From assembly GCA_965224245.1 (NCBI GenBank), contig OZ245046.1:64001-128000 (forward strand): DNA of 64,000 nt, given 5' to 3'. The notes under the pieces were generated by a model. That model searched no databases, was not told where the DNA came from, and saw nothing but the letters and a program-made list of their open reading frames with translations. How positions within the stretch are numbered: position 1 is the stretch's first letter; the number at the start of each line of letters is the position of its first letter. Below are positions 1 through 10,221 of the stretch, in pieces. Source of the DNA: Candidatus Eiseniibacteriota bacterium (GTDB lineage Bacteria > Eisenbacteria > RBG-16-71-46 > CAZAMP01). The position numbers and the translations under genes were made by a program.

Positions 1-1101
1 CTGCTCGTCGCGGTCCTTCGCGACCCTGCTCCTGATCCAGCTCGCAAGATCCGCGACGAAATCGTCACGGATCTCCGCCTCTCCTTTCTCCCTGAGGATG
101 ACGGGATCGTAGAGAGCGTGCCCGGATTCGGGATACACGCGAACCGTGACGTCATGGCCCGGCGCGAGCTCCTCTTCGATTCGGGCGACGCTGGCAACGA
201 CCGGTACGTTGTCCTGCTCGTCGGCCTCGCCGTATGCAAAGAACATCGGCTCCGATAGGCGCTGCCAGTGACGGAGCGGATCGAAGTCGATCACGTGCGA
301 GATCCACGACCACATCCAGTGGTCTGGCGTCGATGGGAACTTGGCCACGACCTCTCCCGCGCCTGCACGAAGAGCCTCCGCTCGAACCGAGTCGTACCCT
401 TGCCACTCGCGATCTCGAACGTATCGAATGGCCGCGTGCTGCACGGCCATCGCCATGCCGTGCATCTCGCCACTGAGCCCCTCCTGACGGAAGGTGTTGG
501 CCATCTCGTGGTCGAGCGTGTCTTCGAACGGCATGACGGAGGCCGACACCGCAGCGACGAACGCGACGCTCTCGGGACCGTCGGCGACGACGGGGGCGTA
601 GAAGCCTCCCTGACTGAGACCGACCACGCCGACCGACCCTGCGTCGACTTCCGGTCGCCTGCCGAGGTACGCTACCGCCGCTCTGATGTCGTCAGCCAGC
701 TCCGCGAAGGACGACCGCTTCCAGTCGCCGCCGCTGTCGCCGGTTCCCCGCTTGTCCGGCACGAGGACGGCGATCCCCTGCAACGCGAGACCCTGACCGA
801 TCATCAGGGACCAGATGTTCTTTCGACTCGAGTCTCCGGCCCCCTGGATCAACACCGCTGCCGGCTGCGGTCGCGGGACGTTCGTCACAAAAGCCGTTGC
901 CACCACCTGGAAGCCACCCGACTCGTACGTCACATCTTGCATTCGGTATGGCTCTTCCACGTCGGACGAGTCCGTTGCAGATACCCCGGCGCCGGCCGAC
1001 GACCCGACCATCAGTACGGGCAAGATGAGGATGCACGTGAGTCGCCGGGTCGGGTGTCGGGGTAACGGAGCGGCGTCGGGTGTCCGAGGAAACACGCACA
1101 C
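1..1101 (-). CDS. Exported alpha/beta-fold hydrolase (serine peptidase/esterase-like); 3' end runs off the window
   Basis: Not in the ORF track because there is no stop inside the window. Manual translation gives a hydrophobic leader LTCILILPVLMVGSSAGA, then PDKRGTGDSGG, the nucleophile elbow GLSQGG, YGEADEQDNVP and YPESGH (catalytic His). Start uncertain (GTG at 1101 or 1095). Confidence 0.85.
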   Translation of the reverse strand, partial: MCVFPRTPDAAPLPRHPTRRLTCILILPVLMVGSSAGAGVSATDSSDVEEPYRMQDVTYESGGFQVVATAFVTNVPRPQPAAVLIQGAGDSSRKNIWSLMIGQGLALQGIAVLVPDKRGTGDSGGDWKRSSFAELADDIRAAVAYLGRRPEVDAGSVGVVGLSQGGFYAPVVADGPESVAFVAAVSASVMPFEDTLDHEMANTFRQEGLSGEMHGMAMAVQHAAIRYVRDREWQGYDSVRAEALRAGAGEVVAKFPSTPDHWMWSWISHVIDFDPLRHWQRLSEPMFFAYGEADEQDNVPVVASVARIEEELAPGHDVTVRVYPESGHALYDPVILREKGEAEIRDDFVADLASWIRSRVAKDRDEQ

Positions 1102-1322
1102 ATCGTGTCGTCCACGACACGTATCGTGCACTGATCCGCGTGACCTGATCATGGATCCATCCTGTGGTGGCCGAAAGCTCGAACGCGTCACCGGATGATA
1201 GCGTACAGCCCCGGTCAGGGACTCTCGCATTCGAGCGGACTCGTAAAGCCCCGGCGACGGCTGCTGCACGTTCCGGGTCTGGATGGGGCGGCGAGATCAG
1301 GCGTGCGAAGCTGGAGGGACGC

Positions 1323-1356
1323 AAAACGCCCCGGCGCGCGTGTGCGCCGGGGCGTT
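1323..1356 (-). terminator. Rho-independent terminator downstream of the fasciclin gene
   Basis: 13-bp stem AACGCCCCGGCGC / GCGCCGGGGCGTT ending in a short U-run on the minus strand, about 20 nt after the stop at 1377. Confidence 0.75.
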
Positions 1357-1376
1357 CAATCGTGGCGTCGACAGTG

Positions 1377-1982
1377 TTACGGGAGGAGAACCCGGTCGAT
1401 CACGTGGATGACGCCGTTCGACGCTTCGATGTCGGTCATCACGATCTCGGCGTTCGGCGTGATGTCGCTGGTGTCCCGGAGGAAGACGTCGCCGTCCAGC
1501 TGCGGGAACGTGAAGCCGCCCGCCTTCATGCGAACCCGATCCGACTCGAGGATGTCCGCGGCGAAGCGCTGGCCGGGCGACACGTGGTAGAGCAGCACCG
1601 TGGTCAGAAGCTCCGTGTTGCCGAGCAACTCCTCGGGCGTGTAGGGGAAGCTCGGGTTCTCGAAGAGTGCCTGGAACGCGGCGTCGGTGGGTGCGAACAC
1701 GGTCCGCTGCCCCTTTGCGCCCAGATCCGCCGCCACGGCGGGATCGGCGGCCAGCACGGCGGCGACGAGCGTCGTGAACTCCGGCACGTCGGCCGTCGAG
1801 AGGCCGAGCGCGATGTCGAGGATCGTGTTGCCGGACTCGTCCGGACGCCGCTCGGCATCATCGGTGAGGCTGATCGAGTCGGTCGCGCCCAGCGGCTGCG
1901 TGGCGGAAGGATCGTCGGCACAACCGGTGAGGCCCGCAGCCGAGATGGCCAGCGCGCCGATGATGGCGGTACGAGTACGCAT
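1377..1982 (-). CDS. Fasciclin (FAS1) domain lipoprotein
   Basis: Lipobox GLTGC; FAS1 motifs TVFAPTDAAF, LLYHV and DIEASNGVIHVIDRVLLP; GGAGA RBS before ATG at 1982. Confidence 0.92.
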   Translation of the reverse strand: MRTRTAIIGALAISAAGLTGCADDPSATQPLGATDSISLTDDAERRPDESGNTILDIALGLSTADVPEFTTLVAAVLAADPAVAADLGAKGQRTVFAPTDAAFQALFENPSFPYTPEELLGNTELLTTVLLYHVSPGQRFAADILESDRVRMKAGGFTFPQLDGDVFLRDTSDITPNAEIVMTDIEASNGVIHVIDRVLLP

Positions 1983-2241
1983 GAGATGTCTCCCGTGAGT
2001 TGAAAGGGATCTGGTTTCGAGCGATTGGGCCATCCGGCCCGCTGGAAAGTTAGACACTGGAGTTCGCAAATATGTTCAGAAAAATTCTTGGACAAAAACC
2101 GCAAGCTTGCGTACTGGGCGGCCGTGGGGACCGGTGGACTCGCTCGAGCTGCAACAGACTGCCGCACAAGGACTTCGTGGCCCAGCTACCCCGAGGTCTC
2201 GGCCACGCCGATCCACGTCCCCGAGGGTCCGGCGGCTCCGA

Positions 2242-5200
2242 TCACGGTAGCCGGACCAGCTTGCGAGTCAGGATCCACGAGGCGGACTCGAGTCGGACGA
2301 AGTACACGCCGGGCGCGATTCCGAGCCCCGCGGTCGACCGACCATCCCAGGTCACGTCGTGTACTCCGGGCTCCAGGGTTCCCGACACGAGTGACCGCAC
2401 CTGCCGACCCTGAACGTCGTAGACACGTAGCGAGATCGGGCTCCGTTCGACGAGGCCGAAGCGGAAGCGCGTGCCCTTTCGGAAGGGATTGGGTCGGTTC
2501 TGTGCGAGGAACGGACGAAGCGCGACAGCGCCGGGATCCTGCCCCGCGAGCAGCCCGGTCGGGATGACGTCGAGGCGGCGCTCGTGGTCGAGAAGCACGA
2601 TCTCGTCCACGCTGATCATCTCGGCGCCCGTACCATCGAAGAGCAGCTGCGCGAGGAAGCCGTCGCCCTCGGGGGCGACCGACTCCGACGGTCGCTGAAG
2701 TGCATTGGCCACGAGTACCCGCCCCGGGGGCGTTTCTGGAAGTGTGGTCACGAAGACCGGTGTCTCTCCGCCGTTCCGGGTGAGGATGTTGCCGGCCGAC
2801 CCACCGCTGTCCGGCATCGCGCTCACGAAGGTCATCGATCCGGCCGGGTAGGTCACCGCCAGGCTGTAGCCGGCGAGGTTCGACACGTTCTGGACGGAGA
2901 CGTTCACGAGCCAGTTCGTACCGCCGGCGGGAATCGTCTCGTAGTAGACGTTCGCCAGGCCGTTCTCTCCGGGCGGGTCGCTCGTCGGCACGCCCCCCTC
3001 TCCGAAGTGCGTCTCCAGGCTGTCCGCATCGGCGTCGTGCAGCACGTCGTCGCCGTTGAGGTCGAAGAGCGGATCGAACTCCGGATCGGTGGCGTCGCGC
3101 GCGAAGATGGTGAGCAGGTGACTGAGATCGTCGACGCCCACGATGCCGTCGGACGTGAAGTCCGCAACCGGCACGCCGACGTTGACGGCGGGGAGAGCGA
3201 GGTTCGAGGGTCCGATGGTCTCGTGCACGCCGTCGATCGCGCTCACCCAGTACGTGTAGGTCGTCCGGTTCTCCACGCCGGGATCCACGTACGCATCGGT
3301 GCTGGCCGGAACCGTGTCGAGGGAGTCCAGCAGCGTTGACGGGGGCGCCCCGCGGTAGATGCGATAGCCGGTCACCGTGTCCTTCCCCGCTCCATCGTCG
3401 AGCGACAGATCCCAGGTGAGGGTCACCGAGCCGCCTCCGTCCCCGGGCGTGTCGACGGCGCGCATGTCGGTCGGCGGAGCGGGGAGCCGGTTCGGATCGG
3501 ACGCGCCGGACACCGCGAACGCCACGTTGGAGAGCGGGGAGAGGTTGCTCGCCTCGTCCTTGCCGCGGATGGCCAGGTGATAGAGGTGTCCCTCCTCGGG
3601 CAGCTCCAGGACGGCGCTCTCGGGGGATCCCGGTGCGCCGGGGGTCGCGGTGATCGCGATCTGCGGATACAGGTCCCAGTCGGTCTCGACGAGGGGCGAG
3701 TCGGCGTACGCCACGACGTAGCCTTCGAGCGTGCCCGCCAGCCCATCGTCACCGGTCGCCGTCCACAGGACCTCGATGGTGCCGCCTCCCGGGACCCCGA
3801 CGGCTCCGAGGTCGTCGATGCGACCCGGCGGGACGAGGTCGTCACTCATGGCGGTGCCGAGGACGGCGTATACACCACCCCCGGGGACCGGAGCGGAGAC
3901 CACGTTCGACCGCGTGCTCACGAGGCCGTCCAGCAGTGGATCCCAGGTCCGGGTCACCTCGTTCCACCGGAAGGCGGCGAGCGTCGTCTCGTCGATACCC
4001 GCCAGAAGCGAGTCGTCGTACGCCAGGTTCATGCCGCCCGCGCCGGCGAACACGTCGTCGGCCACGAGGTGAACCGCGTAGAGGTCGGAGACCTGCAAGA
4101 GCCCCTGAGCCGCGGCACCGTGGGCGACCGCGTTGCTCGATGCCGCGATGACGAGCTGCGTGCTCTCGAGCTCGTCGCCCGGAACGTTCAGCTCGCTCGA
4201 GCCCAGGTGAGCTTCGTAGTACGCCGACGCCTCCGCCTCGTCGACGACGAACGCCGTCGTGAAGATGCTCGTGCCTCCCGACGTGCCCTCGAGCCAGATC
4301 TCCAGCGTACCCGTTCGGTCGAACAGGGGATCGTCGAGGTCGAAGGCGTATGTCCCGGTCCAGCGGTCCTCCGAGGGGACGTACTCCATCGAGATCATGG
4401 TGACGGCGGAGCCGCAGAAGCACGTGACCGTCGGCTCGTCCGCGAGGGACTCGTCCGCCCAGACGTCGATCTCGAAGCCGGCATCCGCGGTGGTTCCAGT
4501 GGGCGCCAGGCTCACCGATGCCCCCGGTCCATCGGCGCCGGCTCCACGCTCGGCCGGGGCGGAGCTCTCGGCTTCGCCTCCCTCGGGCTCGTCGGAGAGA
4601 CGAAGCGCCAGCTCGCTGCCGGCATCCCGGGACGTGAGGCCGGCCAGCGCCCCATGTCGCGTGCGTGTGCCCGTGCGCAGATAGGCGGACAGTGCGTCGC
4701 CCTCCTTCAGTCCGACCGCGTGAAGCCATCCCCGCGGATCGGTCTCCCCCAGGAACGTCAGCGTCTCGCCTCGTCTCCCGTACACGCGCGCACCCGCCGC
4801 TGGCCCGCGCTCGTCGGAGACCCTCACCGTGCTCGAGAACGATCCCGGGCCCGCGTCGGCGATCTCGACCTCGATCGTGGGCGGGAGACGGGTCCCGCCG
4901 TTGTCGATCCCATAGCCGAACAGGCCGATGAATGCCGTGGGGCCGGCGCGGTCCGGGCTCGTGGACGCGCCGTTCACGAACCACCCGGCCTGAGGCGTGA
5001 CGATGTCGGCGTATCCGCTGTCGCCCTCGAGCTGACCCTCGAGCTGCTCCCAGCACGACTTCCCCCGTACGGACAGCTGCTCGGTCTCCACCTCCCAGCA
5101 GGAGATCCACGCGCAGCCGTAGTCGTAGTTCGTGAGGTAGTCGTTGCGAGAGGACATCTCGGTCGTGCCCGTCTCGACATCCATGAACCCGAAGTTGGAT

Positions 5201-7320
5201 GGGTAGCGAAGCGGTTGATCACGCTTCAGCTGATCCAGGCGCGCGTAGCCGCCGATGACCGTCTCGTACTCGTCCTTCAGGTTGAGTGCGTAGTGTCCGA
5301 ACTCGTGCGCGAACGTCGCCGGCCATCCCGAGCTCAGGGTCTGCTCCACGTAGAAGTGCTCGTTGTCGGACCAGTCGTCACAGTCCATGAACTGACCGGT
5401 GTCCGCGTGCGGGTGCACCGAGTGGAGGATGTGCACGTCGACGTCGTCCCAGCGCTGGTGAGCGTCGTAGATCACGACGCGCCCCAGCGCGATCTGTCCG
5501 TCGCTGGCGTTGAAGAGGTAATTGGATGCGTCCTGAAGAGCCGTCGCCAGGTCGCTCCAGTAGGCGTCTCCCGTCGGGATGTCCCACTCGGTGGCGATGC
5601 CGAGGTCGTAGCGGTAGAGGGTGTGCCTCAGCGAGAGATCGATCGGCGAGGTCTGTCCGGTGATGAGGTGCGTGTGGTAGTCCCCCTGCGCATCCATCAC
5701 GTCGGTGTCGAGGTAGAGCTGTCGGCCCAGATCCGAGTAGAGCTCACCGTTGTAGCCGCGGCAGGTGTTCCACGACTTCGCCTTCCACCAGGCACGCACC
5801 CGATCTCCGATCTTCAGCCCGGTGGCGGTGAAGTTCCCGTTCGCGTCGGTGGTTCCCTCGGGAAAGAACCCGATGCCACGGTCGAGCTCCACGGTCGCGC
5901 CGACGATGTCCTGAGTGCCGAAGGCGACGTGGATCGTGGCCTGGAAGCTCCCCGGATCGCTCGGCGTGGTGATCGATCCGCTCTCCACCCACGCCGAGAA
6001 GCCGTACTGGTTGTACGCCCGGATCCGGTACCAGTACACGTGCTCGCTGAGAAGGCCCTGGTCGAGACGGAACTGGAGGCTGGCGGAGGTGTGCGGAAGC
6101 AGGTCGACGTACGGAACGAACTCACCGTCGCGCCGCTGGATCTGGAATCCCATCTCCTCCGACGAGTTGTCCGACCACGTGAGGAAGACGGCCGAGGGTG
6201 CCGGGATGCCCATGAAGTCGGAGGGGGCCGCGGGTACGATTCCGGGCGTGGCGGTCGTGTAGTTCGAGACGTCCGATTGCTCCCCCGGCGCGACGGCGAC
6301 GAGGCGGTAGTAGTAGGGCTGGTCCTCGAGTACGGTGGCGTCCTCCCAGGACGTGGCGTCCCCGGGCGCAACGTACATGAGCTCCCAGCTTCCACCCGGA
6401 CCCTCCTTTCGTTCGACGCGATAGCTCTCCGCGAACGGGGAGTCGTCGTCCCAGGAGACGAGCACCGAGGACGGATCGATCGTGGAGGCCTGCACGTTCG
6501 ACGGAGGAGCCAGGGGAGCGCAGGGGTCGGGATCACAGGAGAGTACACCGGCGTGCCACTCGCCACCCATCTCGAGGCACGTCGTCTCGAGCGTGAGCGA
6601 GCACTCGTCGGTGACGGGATCACAGCACGCCGCGAGCGCGGGAGCATCACCTCCGACGCGGATGCTCGAGACGTACCAGCCCGGACCGGTCACGCTGATG
6701 TCCGAGCCGAAGTCGAGCTCGATGGCGATGCTCTGGCCCATGAATGCGGAGAGATCGAAGCAGTCCGTGCGCCAGCCACTGCTGGATCCGGTCCAGCCGG
6801 GCTCGCCGTCGACGCACCACGGCGTGTAGGAGGGGGACGGAGAGATCTCAGGGACGGTGTAGCCGGCGATCGGTGCCACCACCGTTCCGTGCGGATCGAT
6901 GGTGACGTTCGCACCATCGTACTCCCACTCCATGTCGAACGTGTGGGTGACCTCCACGAGGTAGCTCTCGGAAGTGACGGTGAACGTCGGAGACCGCAAC
7001 CCGCTCCCGGCATCATTGGGATAATCGGCGAGGAGTACGGTGCCCCACACCGGCGTCCCCGAGAGCTCGCTGAGGCCATGCTCCCACACCGGCAGCCCGC
7101 TCGCGTCGCAGTCCACCGGTACGAACCCGTGATCGTCCTCCGCGAAGTCCCAGTCCTGGCTCACCGACTCGATCGCGCAGAGTTCGGCCGGTCGCTGTCG
7201 ACCCGTCGGCACGACGGGCTTGTCGGAGTCCGTGTCCGCCACGCTCGCGACGGGGATGATGAGGAACACGGCGACGAGGGCGAGGCGCGTGGCCGGCCCG
7301 TGGCGATGGCCCAGCGGCAT
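2242..7320 (-). CDS. Secreted multidomain protein: jelly-roll/MAM-like domain, Cys-rich module, Fn3 repeats, CLCA-like zinc metalloprotease, dockerin-like and cohesin-like modules, FlgD-Ig/T9SS-type CTD
   Basis: Signal peptide; HEFGHYALNLKDEY; ASNYLFNASDGQIALGRVVIY; Fn3 motifs (YYYRLVAV, YWYRIRAYN); DFTSDGIVGVDDL...DLNGDDVLHDADAD; C-terminal QNRPNPF...VYDVQGRQVRSLV...WDG...GVYFVRL. Confidence 0.85.
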   Translation of the reverse strand: MPLGHRHGPATRLALVAVFLIIPVASVADTDSDKPVVPTGRQRPAELCAIESVSQDWDFAEDDHGFVPVDCDASGLPVWEHGLSELSGTPVWGTVLLADYPNDAGSGLRSPTFTVTSESYLVEVTHTFDMEWEYDGANVTIDPHGTVVAPIAGYTVPEISPSPSYTPWCVDGEPGWTGSSSGWRTDCFDLSAFMGQSIAIELDFGSDISVTGPGWYVSSIRVGGDAPALAACCDPVTDECSLTLETTCLEMGGEWHAGVLSCDPDPCAPLAPPSNVQASTIDPSSVLVSWDDDSPFAESYRVERKEGPGGSWELMYVAPGDATSWEDATVLEDQPYYYRLVAVAPGEQSDVSNYTTATPGIVPAAPSDFMGIPAPSAVFLTWSDNSSEEMGFQIQRRDGEFVPYVDLLPHTSASLQFRLDQGLLSEHVYWYRIRAYNQYGFSAWVESGSITTPSDPGSFQATIHVAFGTQDIVGATVELDRGIGFFPEGTTDANGNFTATGLKIGDRVRAWWKAKSWNTCRGYNGELYSDLGRQLYLDTDVMDAQGDYHTHLITGQTSPIDLSLRHTLYRYDLGIATEWDIPTGDAYWSDLATALQDASNYLFNASDGQIALGRVVIYDAHQRWDDVDVHILHSVHPHADTGQFMDCDDWSDNEHFYVEQTLSSGWPATFAHEFGHYALNLKDEYETVIGGYARLDQLKRDQPLRYPSNFGFMDVETGTTEMSSRNDYLTNYDYGCAWISCWEVETEQLSVRGKSCWEQLEGQLEGDSGYADIVTPQAGWFVNGASTSPDRAGPTAFIGLFGYGIDNGGTRLPPTIEVEIADAGPGSFSSTVRVSDERGPAAGARVYGRRGETLTFLGETDPRGWLHAVGLKEGDALSAYLRTGTRTRHGALAGLTSRDAGSELALRLSDEPEGGEAESSAPAERGAGADGPGASVSLAPTGTTADAGFEIDVWADESLADEPTVTCFCGSAVTMISMEYVPSEDRWTGTYAFDLDDPLFDRTGTLEIWLEGTSGGTSIFTTAFVVDEAEASAYYEAHLGSSELNVPGDELESTQLVIAASSNAVAHGAAAQGLLQVSDLYAVHLVADDVFAGAGGMNLAYDDSLLAGIDETTLAAFRWNEVTRTWDPLLDGLVSTRSNVVSAPVPGGGVYAVLGTAMSDDLVPPGRIDDLGAVGVPGGGTIEVLWTATGDDGLAGTLEGYVVAYADSPLVETDWDLYPQIAITATPGAPGSPESAVLELPEEGHLYHLAIRGKDEASNLSPLSNVAFAVSGASDPNRLPAPPTDMRAVDTPGDGGGSVTLTWDLSLDDGAGKDTVTGYRIYRGAPPSTLLDSLDTVPASTDAYVDPGVENRTTYTYWVSAIDGVHETIGPSNLALPAVNVGVPVADFTSDGIVGVDDLSHLLTIFARDATDPEFDPLFDLNGDDVLHDADADSLETHFGEGGVPTSDPPGENGLANVYYETIPAGGTNWLVNVSVQNVSNLAGYSLAVTYPAGSMTFVSAMPDSGGSAGNILTRNGGETPVFVTTLPETPPGRVLVANALQRPSESVAPEGDGFLAQLLFDGTGAEMISVDEIVLLDHERRLDVIPTGLLAGQDPGAVALRPFLAQNRPNPFRKGTRFRFGLVERSPISLRVYDVQGRQVRSLVSGTLEPGVHDVTWDGRSTAGLGIAPGVYFVRLESASWILTRKLVRLP

Positions 7321-7544
7321 GGCCAGTCCTCCGCGGTGGGGGAGAGGGGTTCAGCTCGCGGACATGCGCGGCGGCCGGTCGTCGATCGATCCGGGCCGTC
7401 GTTGATTGCCCGTGCAAATCGCAATCGGATTCTCGCATGGATGAGTCGCGAAGCGAAACGCACCGGCGGGACGTGGCTGCCTGACGTCTCGGAAACTACG
7501 TATGGACGCGCCGGCGTGGCAGAGAGGGATCCGCGACGGTCGAC

Positions 7545-9716
7545 CTAGTCGATCCGGGTCACGCGCTGGACGACGCGGGTTCGCTGCCCGTGAGCTCGCA
7601 CGAGATAGACGCCCGCGGGCACCGGCCGGCCATCGTCGTCGGTGCCGTCCCAGAACACCTCGTGTATCCCGGACGGCAGCTGTTCCCGGCACAGGAGCTC
7701 CCGGACGAGCCGGCCGGACACGTCGTACACGCGGAGCCATGCCGTGTCTCTCCTCACCAGGCCGAGCTGGAGCGCCGTGCCGGCATGGAAGGGGTTCGGG
7801 TAGCTCGTGAGCGTCGCGGGCGCGACCGCCGGCAGGCCCGGGGTGGTGAGCGGCCCTCTCGTGTCCACGATCAGAGGGAGACGCACCGTGTAGACGACGT
7901 CGGCCGGGTCCTGGTAGTGAGCCTCCATGATCACGAGGAACCAGTCGGGCGCGGTCGGAGACAGCTCGAGCTGGTACGTGTTGAGCCCCTCGCCGATCGA
8001 TCCCGGTGGGAGATCCCCGTACACGGCTCCGGGGCGGATCAGCGTGACGAACGGTGGGACCTCGACGAGCTCGGCGGAGACGTTCCGCGCGCCGTGCGCG
8101 CCGGAGTTCCGCAGCTCCACGAGCAGCTCGAGAAGCGATCCGTCCCACTCGACCACGACGAAGCCGGTCACACGCAGGAACGTCCAGGCACGCTTCACCT
8201 CCTCGCATTCCGAGAACTCCGAGGTGGTACCGAAGCTCGTGGCCCGGTCCGCAGCCGTGGACGTGATCAGAGCGCCGATGTCGGGACCGCCCTCGTCGAT
8301 CGTGTACGTGAACGTGCGTGACCAGTAGAACGCCGTGGTCAGGTCGACGTTCCCGAGGTACGTCTCGCCCTCGCCGAAACCGGACGGATCACAGGTGTCG
8401 TTGGTGAACAGCTCGATGCGATAGTCATGACTCATGCGACTCTCCAGGTATCCCGTGACCATGACGCGTCCGGTCGCGGCCTCGCGGTCCACGGACGTGA
8501 TGACCGGGAAGTTCTGAAGCTCGTTCCCGCCGACGTCGCCGTCCACGATGTCGTTGGGCGTGACGCCGTCGTCGTCGAGATCGATCCCGATGTCGCCGTT
8601 GTCGACGATGGAGTTCTTCCAGATCCCGTTCCCCGACGCGCCGGTGACGATCACGCCCTTTCCCTGGTTCGACTGGATCAGGTTGTAGGCGATGAAGTTG
8701 TCCACGCCCAGCACCTCGACGCCCGTGACGGAGTTGTACATGATGATGTTGCCCTGATCCGCGCCGTACCCGCCGATCCAGTTGTTGTCGGCGTCCATGT
8801 ACACGCCGACCTCGTTCCCGAGGGCGGTCGAGCCGTCGGCGTTCGTGCCGATGTAGTTTCCCTCCACCAGATTGCTCTCCGAGATCCCCGTGATCTCGAC
8901 CCCGTGGGTGGCGCCGGCGAGCACGTTGGGTTCGCCGGCCTCGTGGCCACCGATGAAGTTGGCGAAGGCGCCGTCGATGCAGACCCCTGCCTGGAATCCA
9001 CTGAGGACGGTGCTTCCTCCGGGATCGGTTCCCACGAGGTTCCCCTGAACGTAGTTGTAGAGTGAACCGCCGCCCTCGATGTGAACGCCACACTCGTTGC
9101 CGCCGTCCGACGGCGCGATCACGTTGATCTCGGTGGGAGACGTTCCCCCGATGAGGCAGTAGGCCGAGTAGTAGAGCAGCACGCCGTTCTCCACGCCGAT
9201 CACGTTCCCGCCGGCGTCGATCCCGAGGCGATTGCCCCACACGTGGACGTTCTCGGATTCCTCCACGTAGATCGCCGCGCCGGTGTAGCGCGTGATCGAG
9301 AGCCCGGAAATCTCGGTGTCGTCGGCGCCGATCACCGAGAGTCCGTAGAACGTCGTGCCGTGGAGCTCGATCATGAAGACGGCGTCGGTGCCCATGCCGA
9401 GCCCGAGCGTGTTCACGCTGGCTCCCGGCTGCGAGTAGCCGTCGATGACGACGGTCTCGGTGATGTCCGGGCTGGACTCGGTGATGAGATGGGGACCGGG
9501 TCCGTACGTGGACTCGGGGACGTCGAACTGGATCGTGTCGGCGCCCGGGTTCGTGTTTGCCGCGTCGACGGCCTCGGCCAGGGAGAGGCCCGTGCCGGAC
9601 CCGGACTCGAGGCGGTCCACGGTGTAGGTGGCCGCCTCGACCTCACGCGTGGTGATGGTCGCAAGCGAGAGGACCACGAGGGGTAGCACCCTGCGGACGG
9701 CGTCGTTGTAGTCCAT
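7545..9716 (-). CDS. Secreted right-handed beta-helix protein with FlgD-Ig/T9SS-type CTD
   Basis: GGAGGAG RBS before ATG at 9716; signal peptide; SLAEAVDAAN..PGADTIQF; repeated GNxIGT motifs; GIDLDDDGVTPND..DGDVGGNELQNFP; CTD YPNPF...VYDVSGRLVR. Confidence 0.85.
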   Translation of the reverse strand: MDYNDAVRRVLPLVVLSLATITTREVEAATYTVDRLESGSGTGLSLAEAVDAANTNPGADTIQFDVPESTYGPGPHLITESSPDITETVVIDGYSQPGASVNTLGLGMGTDAVFMIELHGTTFYGLSVIGADDTEISGLSITRYTGAAIYVEESENVHVWGNRLGIDAGGNVIGVENGVLLYYSAYCLIGGTSPTEINVIAPSDGGNECGVHIEGGGSLYNYVQGNLVGTDPGGSTVLSGFQAGVCIDGAFANFIGGHEAGEPNVLAGATHGVEITGISESNLVEGNYIGTNADGSTALGNEVGVYMDADNNWIGGYGADQGNIIMYNSVTGVEVLGVDNFIAYNLIQSNQGKGVIVTGASGNGIWKNSIVDNGDIGIDLDDDGVTPNDIVDGDVGGNELQNFPVITSVDREAATGRVMVTGYLESRMSHDYRIELFTNDTCDPSGFGEGETYLGNVDLTTAFYWSRTFTYTIDEGGPDIGALITSTAADRATSFGTTSEFSECEEVKRAWTFLRVTGFVVVEWDGSLLELLVELRNSGAHGARNVSAELVEVPPFVTLIRPGAVYGDLPPGSIGEGLNTYQLELSPTAPDWFLVIMEAHYQDPADVVYTVRLPLIVDTRGPLTTPGLPAVAPATLTSYPNPFHAGTALQLGLVRRDTAWLRVYDVSGRLVRELLCREQLPSGIHEVFWDGTDDDGRPVPAGVYLVRAHGQRTRVVQRVTRID

Positions 9717-10221
9717 GTCGGTTCTCCTCCCGCCGGTCGCCGCCTCGCGTCCACGCCCGGGGAGCGAGCTGACGCCGTTCACCGCCTCGTCGAGCTCGTG
9801 CTGGCTCGGATCGACGGCTGGGCGTCTGGTCCCGGAGCCCACGCGAGATGGTCCCGCGTGCGCGTGATCTCCTCGACGAGACGTGCGGAATCCTCATCGA
9901 GCATGTGCAATCGCGCGAGGGCCAGAATTCCGTAGTATCCAGAGACTCTCAACATTACCAGATTATAGCCCACGGTCTCCGTGCTGGGCAGGGCGCCAGG
10001 CAGCCAGGGGCCCGCGACGATGTTCGTGCCTGGGCGGGATTCATCGAAGAGCGTGCAGGATCGACGATCCCCGGAGGTTCCGGAGCCGAATGATGCACTC
10101 GCATCATTGCCCAGATCACCATGTCAGTCGAGTATGCTCTCATTCGGATCGTTATCGAAAGGCACACGTTTCGATGTCCCTCGGCCACACCCGATCCAGC
10201 CCGGCGTGAGAGGGAGGATGC

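Noticed and set aside
3577-7548. 1323-aa plus-strand ORF, and similar long ORFs such as 37365-41795 (-), 15701-18322 (-) and 24692-26521 (-)
   Set aside because: Antisense shadows of real genes caused by high GC and codon bias; Arg/Gly/Val-rich with no motifs.
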